NCBI GenBank assembly: GCA_019058295.1
Contig: JAHPZI010000003.1
Coordinates: 1 to 45,998 of the forward strand
Length of the DNA: 45,998 nucleotides
From: Promethearchaeota archaeon
Lineage (GTDB): Archaea; Asgardarchaeota; Lokiarchaeia; Sigyniarchaeales; SOKP01
Reading direction: 5' to 3'
Part shown: positions 1 through 9,464 of the stretch, in pieces
Numbering within the stretch: the first letter of the stretch is position 1
How the letters are laid out: each line of letters opens with the position of its first letter
The notes under the pieces: generated by a model
Seen by the model: only the letters and a program-made list of their open reading frames with translations
Databases searched by the model: none
What the model was told of the DNA's origin: nothing
Made by a program: the position numbers and the translations under genes

Positions 1-117
1 ATATATGCCCTTCTTAGCTATTCCTTACTTATTGGGATTAATTAAACAAGTAGAAGATAACTCATCAATATAAATGATAATAAAGAAATTATTTAAAAAT
101 AAAAAAAAATAATTATT

Positions 118-1404
118 TTATTTTCTTACTTTTTTCTTTAATTCTCTAATTAATGGTTTTAGAACTGTTGCGCCATTAGAAATTATATTTGAAGCAATAA
201 AAGATGTTTGTTCGTCAGATAATTCTTTTAAGATATTGCTTTTTAAATAATAAGCTTCTAAAAGGAGTTCATAATTCTCGGGGTCAGTTCCTTTAATCAC
301 CACGTCTATCAAATGCAATGCAAGTTGTAATTTACCTTCTTCTAAATTCTTCTTTGCTTGTTCTAAAAACTTTTCTTCATTCGCAACTTTCAAAAATTCT
401 TTTGCTACATCTTGAGATTTTGCTGGGAAAAGATCCGTAGGATTTCCTGTGTTATACCATCCATGATATTCTCTGTATACCGCATGTATTGCAAATTCGA
501 AGCAACCATATAGAGGGCGTAAATATTCGTGCTTTTTCAAATGTTCTGGAAAAATCTCAAGTAATTCGTGAAAAATTTGTTCAAACCATTTACCCTCATT
601 CATTCTCTTTACTACTTCATCATGAACGAAATTTAATGCTTCTGCTGTAATAGATAATACTTCTTTGACTTTTTCTTGTCCTTCTATTAGGAGGCCATGT
701 CCGGGTAATAAATATTCAGCATTTTTTTCCAGCATTTTTTCCATTGCTAAAGCCCAATGTTTTGGATATCTCTGAACTTTATATGGATTACCTACATTTG
801 GAAAGTGGCTTACCATGAGGTCTCCCGCGAAGATTACTTTTTTTTTCGGAACCCATAACCAAATCGCATCGTCAGTTTCTCCCCAGTCGTGATATATCTC
901 GCAATCATAATCCCCAAATTTAAATTTATAAACTTCTTTTCCTTTAATGACTATATTTGGTTCTAATTCTTCATGAGCGGGAAAAATTTTTCCCATCCCT
1001 TTAGTCAACGATGAGAATTGCTGTTGATTTAACCACTCGTGATATTTATCCAGCATGCGGTATTTTTTAAATCTCTCCACGCAATTTTCATGCGCTATTA
1101 CTATAGGCATTTCCCAGCCTTTTTCCTCTGCTTCTTGTATGATTGGTCCAAATCCGTATGCATGATCTATATGTCCATGGGAATAAATGATATATTTAAC
1201 TGGTTTATCAGTAATTTCTCTTAGCTTACGAAATTTTCCCGGTGCCATTTGTCTAACCGGAGTATCAAAAATTATTAATCCCTCATCCGATTCTAAAACG
1301 CCCATATTTCCAAAAGCAGGTATAATATGGCAAGTGCCTTCTGCAAAAGTTATGGCGGGTGTATTTCCCATCATCGCATTTGCTATTTCGGTTGACATTT
1401 TCAT
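118..1404 (-). CDS. Metallo-beta-lactamase-fold hydrolase, alkyl/aryl sulfatase (SdsA/BDS1)-like
   Basis: YSHGHIDH (HxHxDH) metal motif, GETDD, AGD, FPNVGNP and LPGHG motifs; helical C-terminal dimerisation region. Confidence 0.8.
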   Translation of the reverse strand: MKMSTEIANAMMGNTPAITFAEGTCHIIPAFGNMGVLESDEGLIIFDTPVRQMAPGKFRKLREITDKPVKYIIYSHGHIDHAYGFGPIIQEAEEKGWEMPIVIAHENCVERFKKYRMLDKYHEWLNQQQFSSLTKGMGKIFPAHEELEPNIVIKGKEVYKFKFGDYDCEIYHDWGETDDAIWLWVPKKKVIFAGDLMVSHFPNVGNPYKVQRYPKHWALAMEKMLEKNAEYLLPGHGLLIEGQEKVKEVLSITAEALNFVHDEVVKRMNEGKWFEQIFHELLEIFPEHLKKHEYLRPLYGCFEFAIHAVYREYHGWYNTGNPTDLFPAKSQDVAKEFLKVANEEKFLEQAKKNLEEGKLQLALHLIDVVIKGTDPENYELLLEAYYLKSNILKELSDEQTSFIASNIISNGATVLKPLIRELKKKVRK

Positions 1405-1411
1405 TTTTCTC

Positions 1412-2548
1412 TCAAATCCTCTTTTCTTTTTTGTATTCCTCCCATGTTGGAGGATAATATATTATTTCTTTTCCATTTTCATCTATTTTTTTAACGTATT
1501 CTTGACCTTTATCGTCAAGATACATTATTCCTGAAGTTTTTAACATTTTATAGAGTTCTGCTCTTTTTTTAGGATCCGCAACGCAAATAAAATTACAATT
1601 ACCGCAACGGGGATTCGTATCTTCAATTGGTCGCAATCCAACATTTTCTGTTTTCCCCACTTTAGCAAAGGAGGCTGCAATTTTTTGATTAAATTTACGT
1701 AACTGCCGAGGTGTTTCCTTTCCAGACATTACTTGTTGCATTAAATTTCGTATATATCCTCTTGTTAAATCCTTATCGGGAATTTTTTTTAAGCATGTAT
1801 GGTCTGCTGTCCATGTACTCCATGTTCCATTTACTGACAATCCCGTAAACCCAGCACATCCTATACCACATTTCATGTATATACCCCTTTTTCCATAAGT
1901 TTGCTTTACTCCTCCAATAACTACAGGTTGTCGTTCCTCAGGTTCGTCCTTGGCTACATATCCCGTAGTACAAACTTTCTGGCAAATTTTACAGAGATTA
2001 CAATTATTTTCTTCTGCCATAGGGTCTGCTTCGAGTGGTGCGGTTGTAAGAACCCCATTTAAGTATATTGAGCCTCCATATTCTTTGCTAACAAGGTTTC
2101 CAGACCATCCAAGATGACCAAGTCCCGCAGCAACAGCACCATACCGAAGTGAGAATGGTGGGAACGATTCTGCATTTTTCATTACACTAGCAACCCCACC
2201 TCTATATTTTCCATTCGGAATTACGGGATGAGCCTGATAATCAGTATTATCTTCTATAAACTTAGCAATCTGTTGAGCAGTTTTCCAACCAGTTGCATAA
2301 CCTAAGTCTTGTAATATTTTAATGCTCCATCTTTCTTTCTTAGAGAAATAATATTCTAACGCTTCAATATCATTTGGATATGCCCAAATAATGCAACTCT
2401 GAGCTCCAGGAAGACAATAATCCATATCAGCAGATGGCGGATTATTTTCAAGTCTTTCTCGACTCCCAACACCAAATAACTTCGCTCCTGAATCGAGAGC
2501 TATTCTTTTTATATTTTCCTTAAGTTCTATTAAATCCATTTTTTTCAC
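1412..2548 (-). CDS. QueG/reductive-dehalogenase-like cobalamin-dependent Fe-S protein
   Basis: FSLRYGAVAAGLGHLGWSGNLV..EYG and VLTTAPL..D motifs; CNLCKICQKVC and CGNCNFIC Fe-S motifs; no Tat signal. Confidence 0.7.
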   Translation of the reverse strand: MKKMDLIELKENIKRIALDSGAKLFGVGSRERLENNPPSADMDYCLPGAQSCIIWAYPNDIEALEYYFSKKERWSIKILQDLGYATGWKTAQQIAKFIEDNTDYQAHPVIPNGKYRGGVASVMKNAESFPPFSLRYGAVAAGLGHLGWSGNLVSKEYGGSIYLNGVLTTAPLEADPMAEENNCNLCKICQKVCTTGYVAKDEPEERQPVVIGGVKQTYGKRGIYMKCGIGCAGFTGLSVNGTWSTWTADHTCLKKIPDKDLTRGYIRNLMQQVMSGKETPRQLRKFNQKIAASFAKVGKTENVGLRPIEDTNPRCGNCNFICVADPKKRAELYKMLKTSGIMYLDDKGQEYVKKIDENGKEIIYYPPTWEEYKKEKRI

Positions 2549-3648
2549 TCCTTTTTTATAATTAATTTATAGCTTTCTTTTTTATCTTGCATTGTGGGTC
2601 CACATACCAATTGACAAAATCCACAGCTCGGTCTAAAATCTTCTGAAAGCTTATCATTACGTCCTAAGAAGGAATTAGAGACCAAACGAAATACATTTTC
2701 AGCTTCATCCCCTCCCTTCTCAACAGCCTTAGCAAACATATTTTGAACGTAATCATTTACAGAATCATCTAAAGGAAGCCTCTCTATATCATCAAATCGA
2801 AAAGGTGACCATATTGACCACTCTTTAAATTTATTTTGACCTACCATACCGCTGCAGATCGCAATGCAATATGCATAACTATTTCTCTTAGCAATAGTTT
2901 CTTCAATTCCAGCAATATTAATTTTTTGTGTCTCCTCCTTAGAAAATAGGCCACCTTGACATGATTTTTCACATATTTTACAATTGAAACAAGGATGCTT
3001 TTCTAAAATTTTATCAGATTTTAATTTTGCATCAGTGATAATAGAATTCAGTAATATTCTTGCTCCAAATCTTTCTGTTATTACATTCCCAGAAAATCCA
3101 ATTCGACCGAGCCCACTAGCTACGGCAGCACAACGATGTGAAAAATTAGGAATTAAATTCATTGGTGTTTTTCTTAATCCCGGTAACATCATTTTCTTTA
3201 ACCTCCCAAGTGTTTTCACTTCCCCTTTCGTAAGCTCTATATTTTCATCCTTTTCTTTATTAATAAGATCAATTAGAGTTCTTAGAGAAGAAACAACTGT
3301 TTGGGTTCTTGCCCCAGCTCTCCTTGTAAATCGATAATTAAAATTACAATCACAATTATAGGCTTTAAATCCTTTTTCTTCAAGAAAAATCTTGATTTTT
3401 TCTCCCACTCTCTTCAAACTTTTGGTAACTTCCCCCTCTTCAATGCTTAAAGGCATTCTATCTTCTTTTGAGATAAATTTTCTCACCTTCTCATCATCAA
3501 AGCCTATTGCGATACTGATTATAGATTGAGCACCGGGTAATAAGAAATTAGGATCTGAGAAGTCTTTATCTTTTATGCTATCGGCTGAACAAATACCAAC
3601 TAAATCAGCACCAGCATCTAATGCTATTTTTTTAATCTCATCTTCCAT
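2545..3648 (-). CDS. QueG/reductive-dehalogenase-like Fe-S protein, paralog of 1412..2548
   Basis: Start revised to ATG at 3648 (MEDEIKKIALDAGADLVGI) because the ORF-track extension overlaps the flavodoxin gene; FSHRCAAVASGLGRIGFSGN, CFNCKICEKSC, CGFCQLVC; 4-nt overlap with the next gene. Confidence 0.7.
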   Translation of the reverse strand: MEDEIKKIALDAGADLVGICSADSIKDKDFSDPNFLLPGAQSIISIAIGFDDEKVRKFISKEDRMPLSIEEGEVTKSLKRVGEKIKIFLEEKGFKAYNCDCNFNYRFTRRAGARTQTVVSSLRTLIDLINKEKDENIELTKGEVKTLGRLKKMMLPGLRKTPMNLIPNFSHRCAAVASGLGRIGFSGNVITERFGARILLNSIITDAKLKSDKILEKHPCFNCKICEKSCQGGLFSKEETQKINIAGIEETIAKRNSYAYCIAICSGMVGQNKFKEWSIWSPFRFDDIERLPLDDSVNDYVQNMFAKAVEKGGDEAENVFRLVSNSFLGRNDKLSEDFRPSCGFCQLVCGPTMQDKKESYKLIIKKE

Positions 3649-3685
3649 AATAATATCACTTTTTTCATAAAATAAAAAAATTTTT

Positions 3686-4195
3686 TTATATAAGATTTGT
3701 TCCAAACTCTTTAGCTTTCTCAAGATCTTCTGCGTTTGGTCGACCTTCAATTTCTTCCATACGCTTTTTAGCTTTTTCTTGTTCCGCTGGTGGCAAATTT
3801 GATAGCATTTCTTCTTGTTTTTCTTTAGGAATACCAAGATTTTCACCAATACATTCAAAATTTCCAACCACCTTGGCACCACCAGTTTCAAATTTCTTTA
3901 TAATTCTTTTAAATGCTTTTCCAGAATAACTCATTGGACTCGAGTGCGTGTTGAAAAAGGCAACTTTCGGAGGGAAATCTGTAATTTTCTTCATCATTGT
4001 AAGAATGTTTTTACTAACCATTCCTCCATAGATACCAGAGCCTAAAACAACAAGATCATATTCACCAATCTTGGCAGGATCTACATCATTTATTTTTATA
4101 AGATCCACTTCTTGCCCTTGTAAGCCTTCTTGAATGCTTTTTGCTACTTTCTCAGTATTTCCAGTTCCGGAAAAATACCATACTAATATTTTCAT
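3686..4195 (-). CDS. Flavodoxin family protein
   Basis: YFSGTGNTEKVA FMN phosphate-binding loop, YDLVVLGSGIYGG, C-terminal P..EDLEKAKEF. Confidence 0.85.
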   Translation of the reverse strand: MKILVWYFSGTGNTEKVAKSIQEGLQGQEVDLIKINDVDPAKIGEYDLVVLGSGIYGGMVSKNILTMMKKITDFPPKVAFFNTHSSPMSYSGKAFKRIIKKFETGGAKVVGNFECIGENLGIPKEKQEEMLSNLPPAEQEKAKKRMEEIEGRPNAEDLEKAKEFGTNLI

Positions 4196-4294
4196 ATTTT
4201 TTTTACCTCTTTTTAGTATTTTGTTATATTTTACTTATGGTGAGGAATTCTATAAATAATTTTTTTTCCGATATTCTTCTAAAATTATCGGTTT

Positions 4295-5383
4295 CTATGT
4301 TTCTGACATTCCCCTTAATGCGGGAATATCTTCTCTTTCAATTCTTTTCATAGTAATTGCATTTTCGGGGCAAGTTACAGCGCATAGTCCACAACCAACA
4401 CATTTATCGGGATTAATCTGTGCAAAATCCTCAACTGTAATAGCATCAAACTTACATCTCTCAATACAAGTTCCACACGCAACGCATAACTCTTCATCAA
4501 TACTAGAGATATAATTTGCTCTTGCTATACATCTAGGATTATCTAATCTTGTCAATCCTGCTAAATTTCCACAACAACACTCACAGCATTGACAAAGAAT
4601 ATGAGTGTTAGTAACATTATTATCTGACATATGAACAAGGCCAAGTTCGTTAGCTTCAATTGTAATTTGTTTTGCTTCTTCTTTTGTTATAGCTTTTATC
4701 GCCGGATCTCCCATCTCTAACAATGCCTTGGCAAAAACTCCGAAGGTTATACAATTATTAATTGGATATTTTCCTTTACATTTTCTATTTCCCTCGATTT
4801 CCCTTCTAGAACGGCAAGGACAAGGAAAAACTGCAATATCTGTTTGACTATCAATTACTTCATAAACAGCTTCTATAGGAATAATTTCCTGACTAGGTTC
4901 TATTTTTTCTTGTACTGTTAAAACTCTGGTGCGAGGAATCCCGGATCTACTAGTCTCCCAGGTTTTATAATAACCACCATCAAAATATTCTCTACTTAAA
5001 TTAGCAAATTTCACAACATCCTCCCGATCCAGATTCTTTTTAAGAATAAACGGCATATCATGGATTTGTAAAGGAGAGGGACGAGCATAAAGATTTCCTA
5101 CTCTAACTACAAATCCTCTTTTTGCAGGCTCTTCCAACTTAGCCTTTAATTCATTTTTATCAATATTTAATGTTTTTGCTAATTTTCTTATGGCTAATAA
5201 TTTAGGCATAATAGGAAGTTCCAACATTATTTTCACGAGTTCTGGATCATACATTAAGCTTAAATATTCAAGGTAAGCCTCTTTTGGCTCCTCATTTTCA
5301 TCTGCAGGATAAGATTGTGCAGAATATTTGTATCCTTTAGCTAATTTTATCAAATCCGCTCTATGCTCTTCGTTTACAATCAT
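4295..5383 (-). CDS. Multi-cysteine Fe-S protein with C-terminal 2x[4Fe-4S] ferredoxin domain
   Basis: CPCR..C..C, GLVH, CQCCECCC cluster; CVACGTCIERC and CVGCGLCAVTCP. Confidence 0.8.
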   Translation of the reverse strand: MIVNEEHRADLIKLAKGYKYSAQSYPADENEEPKEAYLEYLSLMYDPELVKIMLELPIMPKLLAIRKLAKTLNIDKNELKAKLEEPAKRGFVVRVGNLYARPSPLQIHDMPFILKKNLDREDVVKFANLSREYFDGGYYKTWETSRSGIPRTRVLTVQEKIEPSQEIIPIEAVYEVIDSQTDIAVFPCPCRSRREIEGNRKCKGKYPINNCITFGVFAKALLEMGDPAIKAITKEEAKQITIEANELGLVHMSDNNVTNTHILCQCCECCCGNLAGLTRLDNPRCIARANYISSIDEELCVACGTCIERCKFDAITVEDFAQINPDKCVGCGLCAVTCPENAITMKRIEREDIPALRGMSET

Positions 5384-5668
5384 TTTCCTTAAAAATAACT
5401 CTTTTTTATTATTTTTTTAAGCTCTTTCAATATAGTATTTTTTTTTATTGAGATTATTATGATTAACTATTATTTAAGGATTGCTCTTAGTGATTATCAG
5501 TAGTGTAAAGTTTAAATAGAATCCTTATAGTATCAATAAAATGAATAATAACGGAGAAAGAAGGTTTAAGCTTACCCATTTTTTCAATTTCTTGATTTAA
5601 TGTAATAATTAAATTATTTAGATTCAAATTATTTATTAATTCTAAAAGATGTTGGAGTTTTTAATATA

Positions 5669-6049
5669 ATGAAAATTGATCATATAGCAGTAGCATCAAA
5701 CTCGATTGAAGATAGCGATAGATTTTTTATGGAATTATTAGGCTTAAAAAAGACTAAAACGTTCACGGTTTCAGCAGAATTAATGGAACAATTTTTCGGA
5801 ATAAATAAAGAACATAATTTTGTTAGATATCAAAACGATAATTTAGGAGTCGAGGTAATTATTACAAATGATACTAGTAAAGCTATTGATGTTTTTACGC
5901 ATTCCTGCTTAATAGTAGATAATAAAGAGGCTTTCATAAAGAAATCATCGTCAATGGGATTTAAAACGATAAAGGTTCCGCGGAAAAATGGTGAAGGATA
6001 TTATTCTTTTGTTAAGGATTCGTTTGGAAATTTATATGAAGTCAAATAA
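5669..6049 (+). CDS. VOC (glyoxalase/bleomycin resistance) family protein
   Basis: KIDHIAV, FF..LLGL, FVKDSFGNLYEV; GGAG upstream. Confidence 0.8.
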   Translation: MKIDHIAVASNSIEDSDRFFMELLGLKKTKTFTVSAELMEQFFGINKEHNFVRYQNDNLGVEVIITNDTSKAIDVFTHSCLIVDNKEAFIKKSSSMGFKTIKVPRKNGEGYYSFVKDSFGNLYEVK

Positions 6050-6155
6050 TTAATTTATTTATTATTATACCCGCAACGAATTAAATAAAATTAAAATATT
6101 TTTAAATTTGATTATATCATTTATTATTTGGAACAAATAGGATAAAAGTGAAAAT

Positions 6156-6929
6156 TTGAAGAATAGTGTATTTAAAATTATTATAGCGGGAGCTTCTGGC
6201 TCAGGAAAAACCTCATTTTTAAACGGATTGTCTTATCCTTTTAATGATAGTGAGTATCTTCAGATAGGGGTCTCCTTCAAATTAGTAGATTGTCTGATAA
6301 ATAATGAAGACTCCTGTCTGCTACAGATATGGGATTTAAAAGTGACTTCTGTATTAGAAAGCCTATATCCGAGCTTTTGTAAAGGGGCTAAAGGAGCTCT
6401 AGTTTGTTTCGATATAACTGATCGTAATTCTTTTAACGAATTGAATTATTGGATTCAAATTATAAGAAAAATGGCAGGTTACATTCCAATTATTTTAATA
6501 GGCACTAAACTTGATCTAAATGATCAGACTGTGCCTAATAACGAAATTAACGAATACGTTAAAAAAAATCAGCTAAGTGGGATTTTTTTTACGACAATTG
6601 AAGAAAAGAATCATATAGAGATATTTAAACATTTATTAGAAAGTATAAAATTTCCTCACATTTATCGGCTTAGTATTCCATTACCTGAGTACGATTATGA
6701 TTTTGAAAATTTTCTCGAATTATTTTCGGAGTGCATTGTTTGTGGTCGTAAGAATCACTACAGAGAACTCAAGGAGCTTTTTTTCAGTCAAAAACCTACT
6801 GTTGTTAAATTAAGGGAAAGACTGTTAGAATTGGTAAAAAAATCAAAAGCTTTTAATAAAAAATATAAATTTAGTGTGGGGATTCCTTGTTGCAGATGCT
6901 TCAAATTGATTTCAGATGTATCAAATTAA
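6156..6929 (+). CDS. Rab-like small GTPase (degenerate G2/G3) with C-terminal Cys-rich, probably Zn-binding domain
   Basis: G1 GASGSGKTS, WDLK in place of WDxxGQ, GTKLD as G4; C-terminal CIVC...NH...GIPCCRC. Confidence 0.75.
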   Translation: MKNSVFKIIIAGASGSGKTSFLNGLSYPFNDSEYLQIGVSFKLVDCLINNEDSCLLQIWDLKVTSVLESLYPSFCKGAKGALVCFDITDRNSFNELNYWIQIIRKMAGYIPIILIGTKLDLNDQTVPNNEINEYVKKNQLSGIFFTTIEEKNHIEIFKHLLESIKFPHIYRLSIPLPEYDYDFENFLELFSECIVCGRKNHYRELKELFFSQKPTVVKLRERLLELVKKSKAFNKKYKFSVGIPCCRCFKLISDVSN

Positions 6930-7034
6930 TAAAAACTAGGATTAATATTGATTTTGATATTTTGAGATAAATTTTTTAGTTTGTATTTTCATATAAAAAT
7001 AGAGTTATAGATTTTTAGGTATAAATAGTGCTTT

Positions 7035-7847
7035 TTGAAAATGTCCGGTTCTTTCAAATTAAAAATGGTCGTTGGAGGCTCATCTGGTTCTGGAAAAACT
7101 TCATTTTTATTAGGAAATACCCAAAGTGAACCTGAATTCGACCACTTAGGTGTCTCTTTTAAGTCGATAGAATGTGTAGTAAATGAGGTTGATTCTTATA
7201 AATTTATTATTTGGGATTTAAAAGTAAAAGAAAGATTCGGTTTTCTGTATCCTATATTTTGCAAAGGTGCTTCTGGAGCATTTATTTGTTTTGATACTTC
7301 AAATCATAAGTCTTTTGAGGAAGTTGCCTATTGGGTTGAAATGTTTAGAAATAATGAAAAAAACATTGAAGTAAAAATACCTATTATTTTAATAGGAACA
7401 AAAACGGATTTAAATCATCAGGAAGTTTTAGACGAAGAAGTTAATGATTTAATTAATAAATATGACTTAGACGGTGTATTTTATACTTCTATTTACGATA
7501 TCGACAACGAGGAAAAAAAAGAAGCAATTTTCAAATGTTTAATAGAAAAAATAGAACCATATAGTCGCATAAATGACTGTTCCATTTTCATTCCTAAAGA
7601 AGACGAAGAGTTTAAAAATTTTGTGAAACAATTTGCGACTTGCCCCATTTGTAAGAAAAATAATCATTTTCAGAGTTTAAAAAATTTTTATTTCAGTCGA
7701 GAACCTAATGTTGTTAAATTAAGAGAAAGGGTACTCGAATTAATTGATATATCAAAAAATATTAATGATATTTATTTAAATAAAATAAGTTTGGGAATTC
7801 CGTGCTGCTCCTGTTTCGAAATGATTTTTTCGATGGAGAAATTATAA
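7035..7847 (+). CDS. Rab-like small GTPase with Cys-rich domain, tandem paralog of 6156..6929
   Basis: GSSGSGKTS, WDLK, GTKTD; CPIC...NH...GIPCCSC; colinear similarity to the upstream gene. Confidence 0.75.
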   Translation: MKMSGSFKLKMVVGGSSGSGKTSFLLGNTQSEPEFDHLGVSFKSIECVVNEVDSYKFIIWDLKVKERFGFLYPIFCKGASGAFICFDTSNHKSFEEVAYWVEMFRNNEKNIEVKIPIILIGTKTDLNHQEVLDEEVNDLINKYDLDGVFYTSIYDIDNEEKKEAIFKCLIEKIEPYSRINDCSIFIPKEDEEFKNFVKQFATCPICKKNNHFQSLKNFYFSREPNVVKLRERVLELIDISKNINDIYLNKISLGIPCCSCFEMIFSMEKL

Positions 7848-8258
7848 GATAATCCCTGAATCCTTTAAAATCTCCATATGATCAAAAGCTAATTTTAAAG
7901 AAGGAATTTTTGAAACTGGGATTATTTCCAAAGACGCAGCATCATCCTGAGCTTTTGGTTTCTCTTTTTTTGTCTTGGGTTCACATAAATATGCTATTGA
8001 AACTATATGGCCACGAGGGTCGCGTGAAGGCTCAGAGAATACACCGATTAACTTCTTGATTTTGACGTTGATATTCGTTTCTTCTTTAGCTTCTCTGACA
8101 CATGCATCTTCAACAGTTTCCCCAACATCTACAAACCCTCCAGGTAATGCATATTCCCCTTGAAATGGAGGATTTTTTCGCTTTATTAAAACTAATTTAT
8201 CTTTTTCATATAAAATAACAGCATCGACTGTAAGAAGTGGACATATTGGCCTAGGCAT
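7842..8258 (-). CDS. NUDIX hydrolase (ADP-ribose pyrophosphatase-like)
   Basis: Nudix box GGFVDVGETVEDACVREAKEETNI, RDPRGH, LAFDH; likely start ATG 8258 (MPRPICP). Confidence 0.9.
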   Translation of the reverse strand: MPRPICPLLTVDAVILYEKDKLVLIKRKNPPFQGEYALPGGFVDVGETVEDACVREAKEETNINVKIKKLIGVFSEPSRDPRGHIVSIAYLCEPKTKKEKPKAQDDAASLEIIPVSKIPSLKLAFDHMEILKDSGIIL

Positions 8259-8357
8259 AAATAAATTATAGATTATATGCATTAAAAACTTTAGTTGCTG
8301 ATTAAAAAAATAGTAAAAAAATTTGATTAAATTAACTATTATGAAGTAAAATAAATT

Positions 8358-9083
8358 TTATTCAACTAACACATTAAACTTTTCAAAATCTTCGATGAGT
8401 TGCTCTGTACAAGAATATTGGATGCCATTAAAACCTAAAGATTGACCAATTTCTAAAACGGATCTATGATCATCAATAATTAATGCCTGTTTAGGTTTGC
8501 AATTAATATGGTCTAATAATTCATGATAAAACTCAATATTTCTTTTATTATATTGATAATCGAAGCTAAATACAGTATCATCAAAATACTTTAAAAAGTC
8601 ATATTTTTTATCTAAAAATTCAATTCTCTCTCTGACATTTCCACTAAAAATCACCATTCTATATTTTCCAGATTTAGACAATTGTTGAATTAATTCGAGC
8701 ATTTTAGGATTTGGAACATATGAATTGAACCAAATTTGCCATATACTATGATTTTTAGATTTTGGAATTCTAAGTTTAGATCTAATTTGAGTTTCAAATT
8801 CATTAATTGTAATTAATCCTAATCTTACCTGAGTTCCAATAGAATCAGTATCTGAACTAAAGAGATATTTTAGTAATCTTTTATCTTGAATACTATATAT
8901 TTCTTTTATCTTTTTTTTAGCAATGGGTGTCCCAGCAGTAAAATAAACCCCTCCTAAATCAAAAACTAGAGTTTTAATATTATAACTCTTGGGTGATTTT
9001 AATTGAGGAGTAGCTATTATATTATCTAATATTTCATTATAATCTTGTTCTTTTATTAATTCTTCCATTTTTAACTCATTCAC
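8358..9083 (-). CDS. HAD-superfamily hydrolase (YihX-like phosphatase)
   Basis: LVFDLGGV motif I, FDDTVFS...K, LIIDD motif IV. Confidence 0.8.
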   Translation of the reverse strand: MNELKMEELIKEQDYNEILDNIIATPQLKSPKSYNIKTLVFDLGGVYFTAGTPIAKKKIKEIYSIQDKRLLKYLFSSDTDSIGTQVRLGLITINEFETQIRSKLRIPKSKNHSIWQIWFNSYVPNPKMLELIQQLSKSGKYRMVIFSGNVRERIEFLDKKYDFLKYFDDTVFSFDYQYNKRNIEFYHELLDHINCKPKQALIIDDHRSVLEIGQSLGFNGIQYSCTEQLIEDFEKFNVLVE

Positions 9084-9096
9084 ATTTCACTTTTAT

Positions 9097-9264
9097 TCAT
9101 TTGGCGAAGATTCTCTTAAAAGCTCTTCCTAACTTTCGATTTATTCTTTTTATTATTGTATTTATATGTTTTTTGAGCTTTTTTTCAGAAATATAATCAT
9201 TAAGTCTGATAAACTCTTCTCTTTCTTTTAATAGAAAAAGCAAATCCTCGTCATTTCTTATCAT
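9097..9264 (-). CDS. Small basic hypothetical protein (55 aa), not in the ORF track
   Basis: ATG 9264 to TGA 9097: MIRNDEDLLFLLKEREEFIRLNDYISEKKLKKHINTIIKRINRKLGRAFKRIFAK; ends 13 nt before the HAD gene start on the same strand. Confidence 0.5.
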   Translation of the reverse strand: MIRNDEDLLFLLKEREEFIRLNDYISEKKLKKHINTIIKRINRKLGRAFKRIFAK

Positions 9265-9327
9265 TTTCTATCTAAGTAACTAACATAATTATACCGTTTT
9301 AAGTAGTTTCTTTATAAAATATAATGT

Positions 9328-9345
9328 CTATATAGATCTATATAG
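9328..9345. promoter_or_regulatory. 18-bp perfect palindrome CTATATAGATCTATATAG, candidate operator
   Basis: Self-complementary, made of two CTATATAG units, about 65 nt upstream of the small ORF/HAD genes. Confidence 0.35.
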
Positions 9346-9464
9346 GGAAAATCACTTGAATGAAAACGATTTGGTATAGAATAAGATTAAAAAAACTAAT
9401 TCTATATAAATAAGATATGATCTATTTATTTTTTAAACTATTATTTCTTCGTTCAAAAATTATT

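Noticed and set aside
3649-3891. 81-aa N-terminal extension of ORF 2545..3891
   Set aside because: Overlaps the flavodoxin gene in another frame; similarity to the paralog begins at Met 3648
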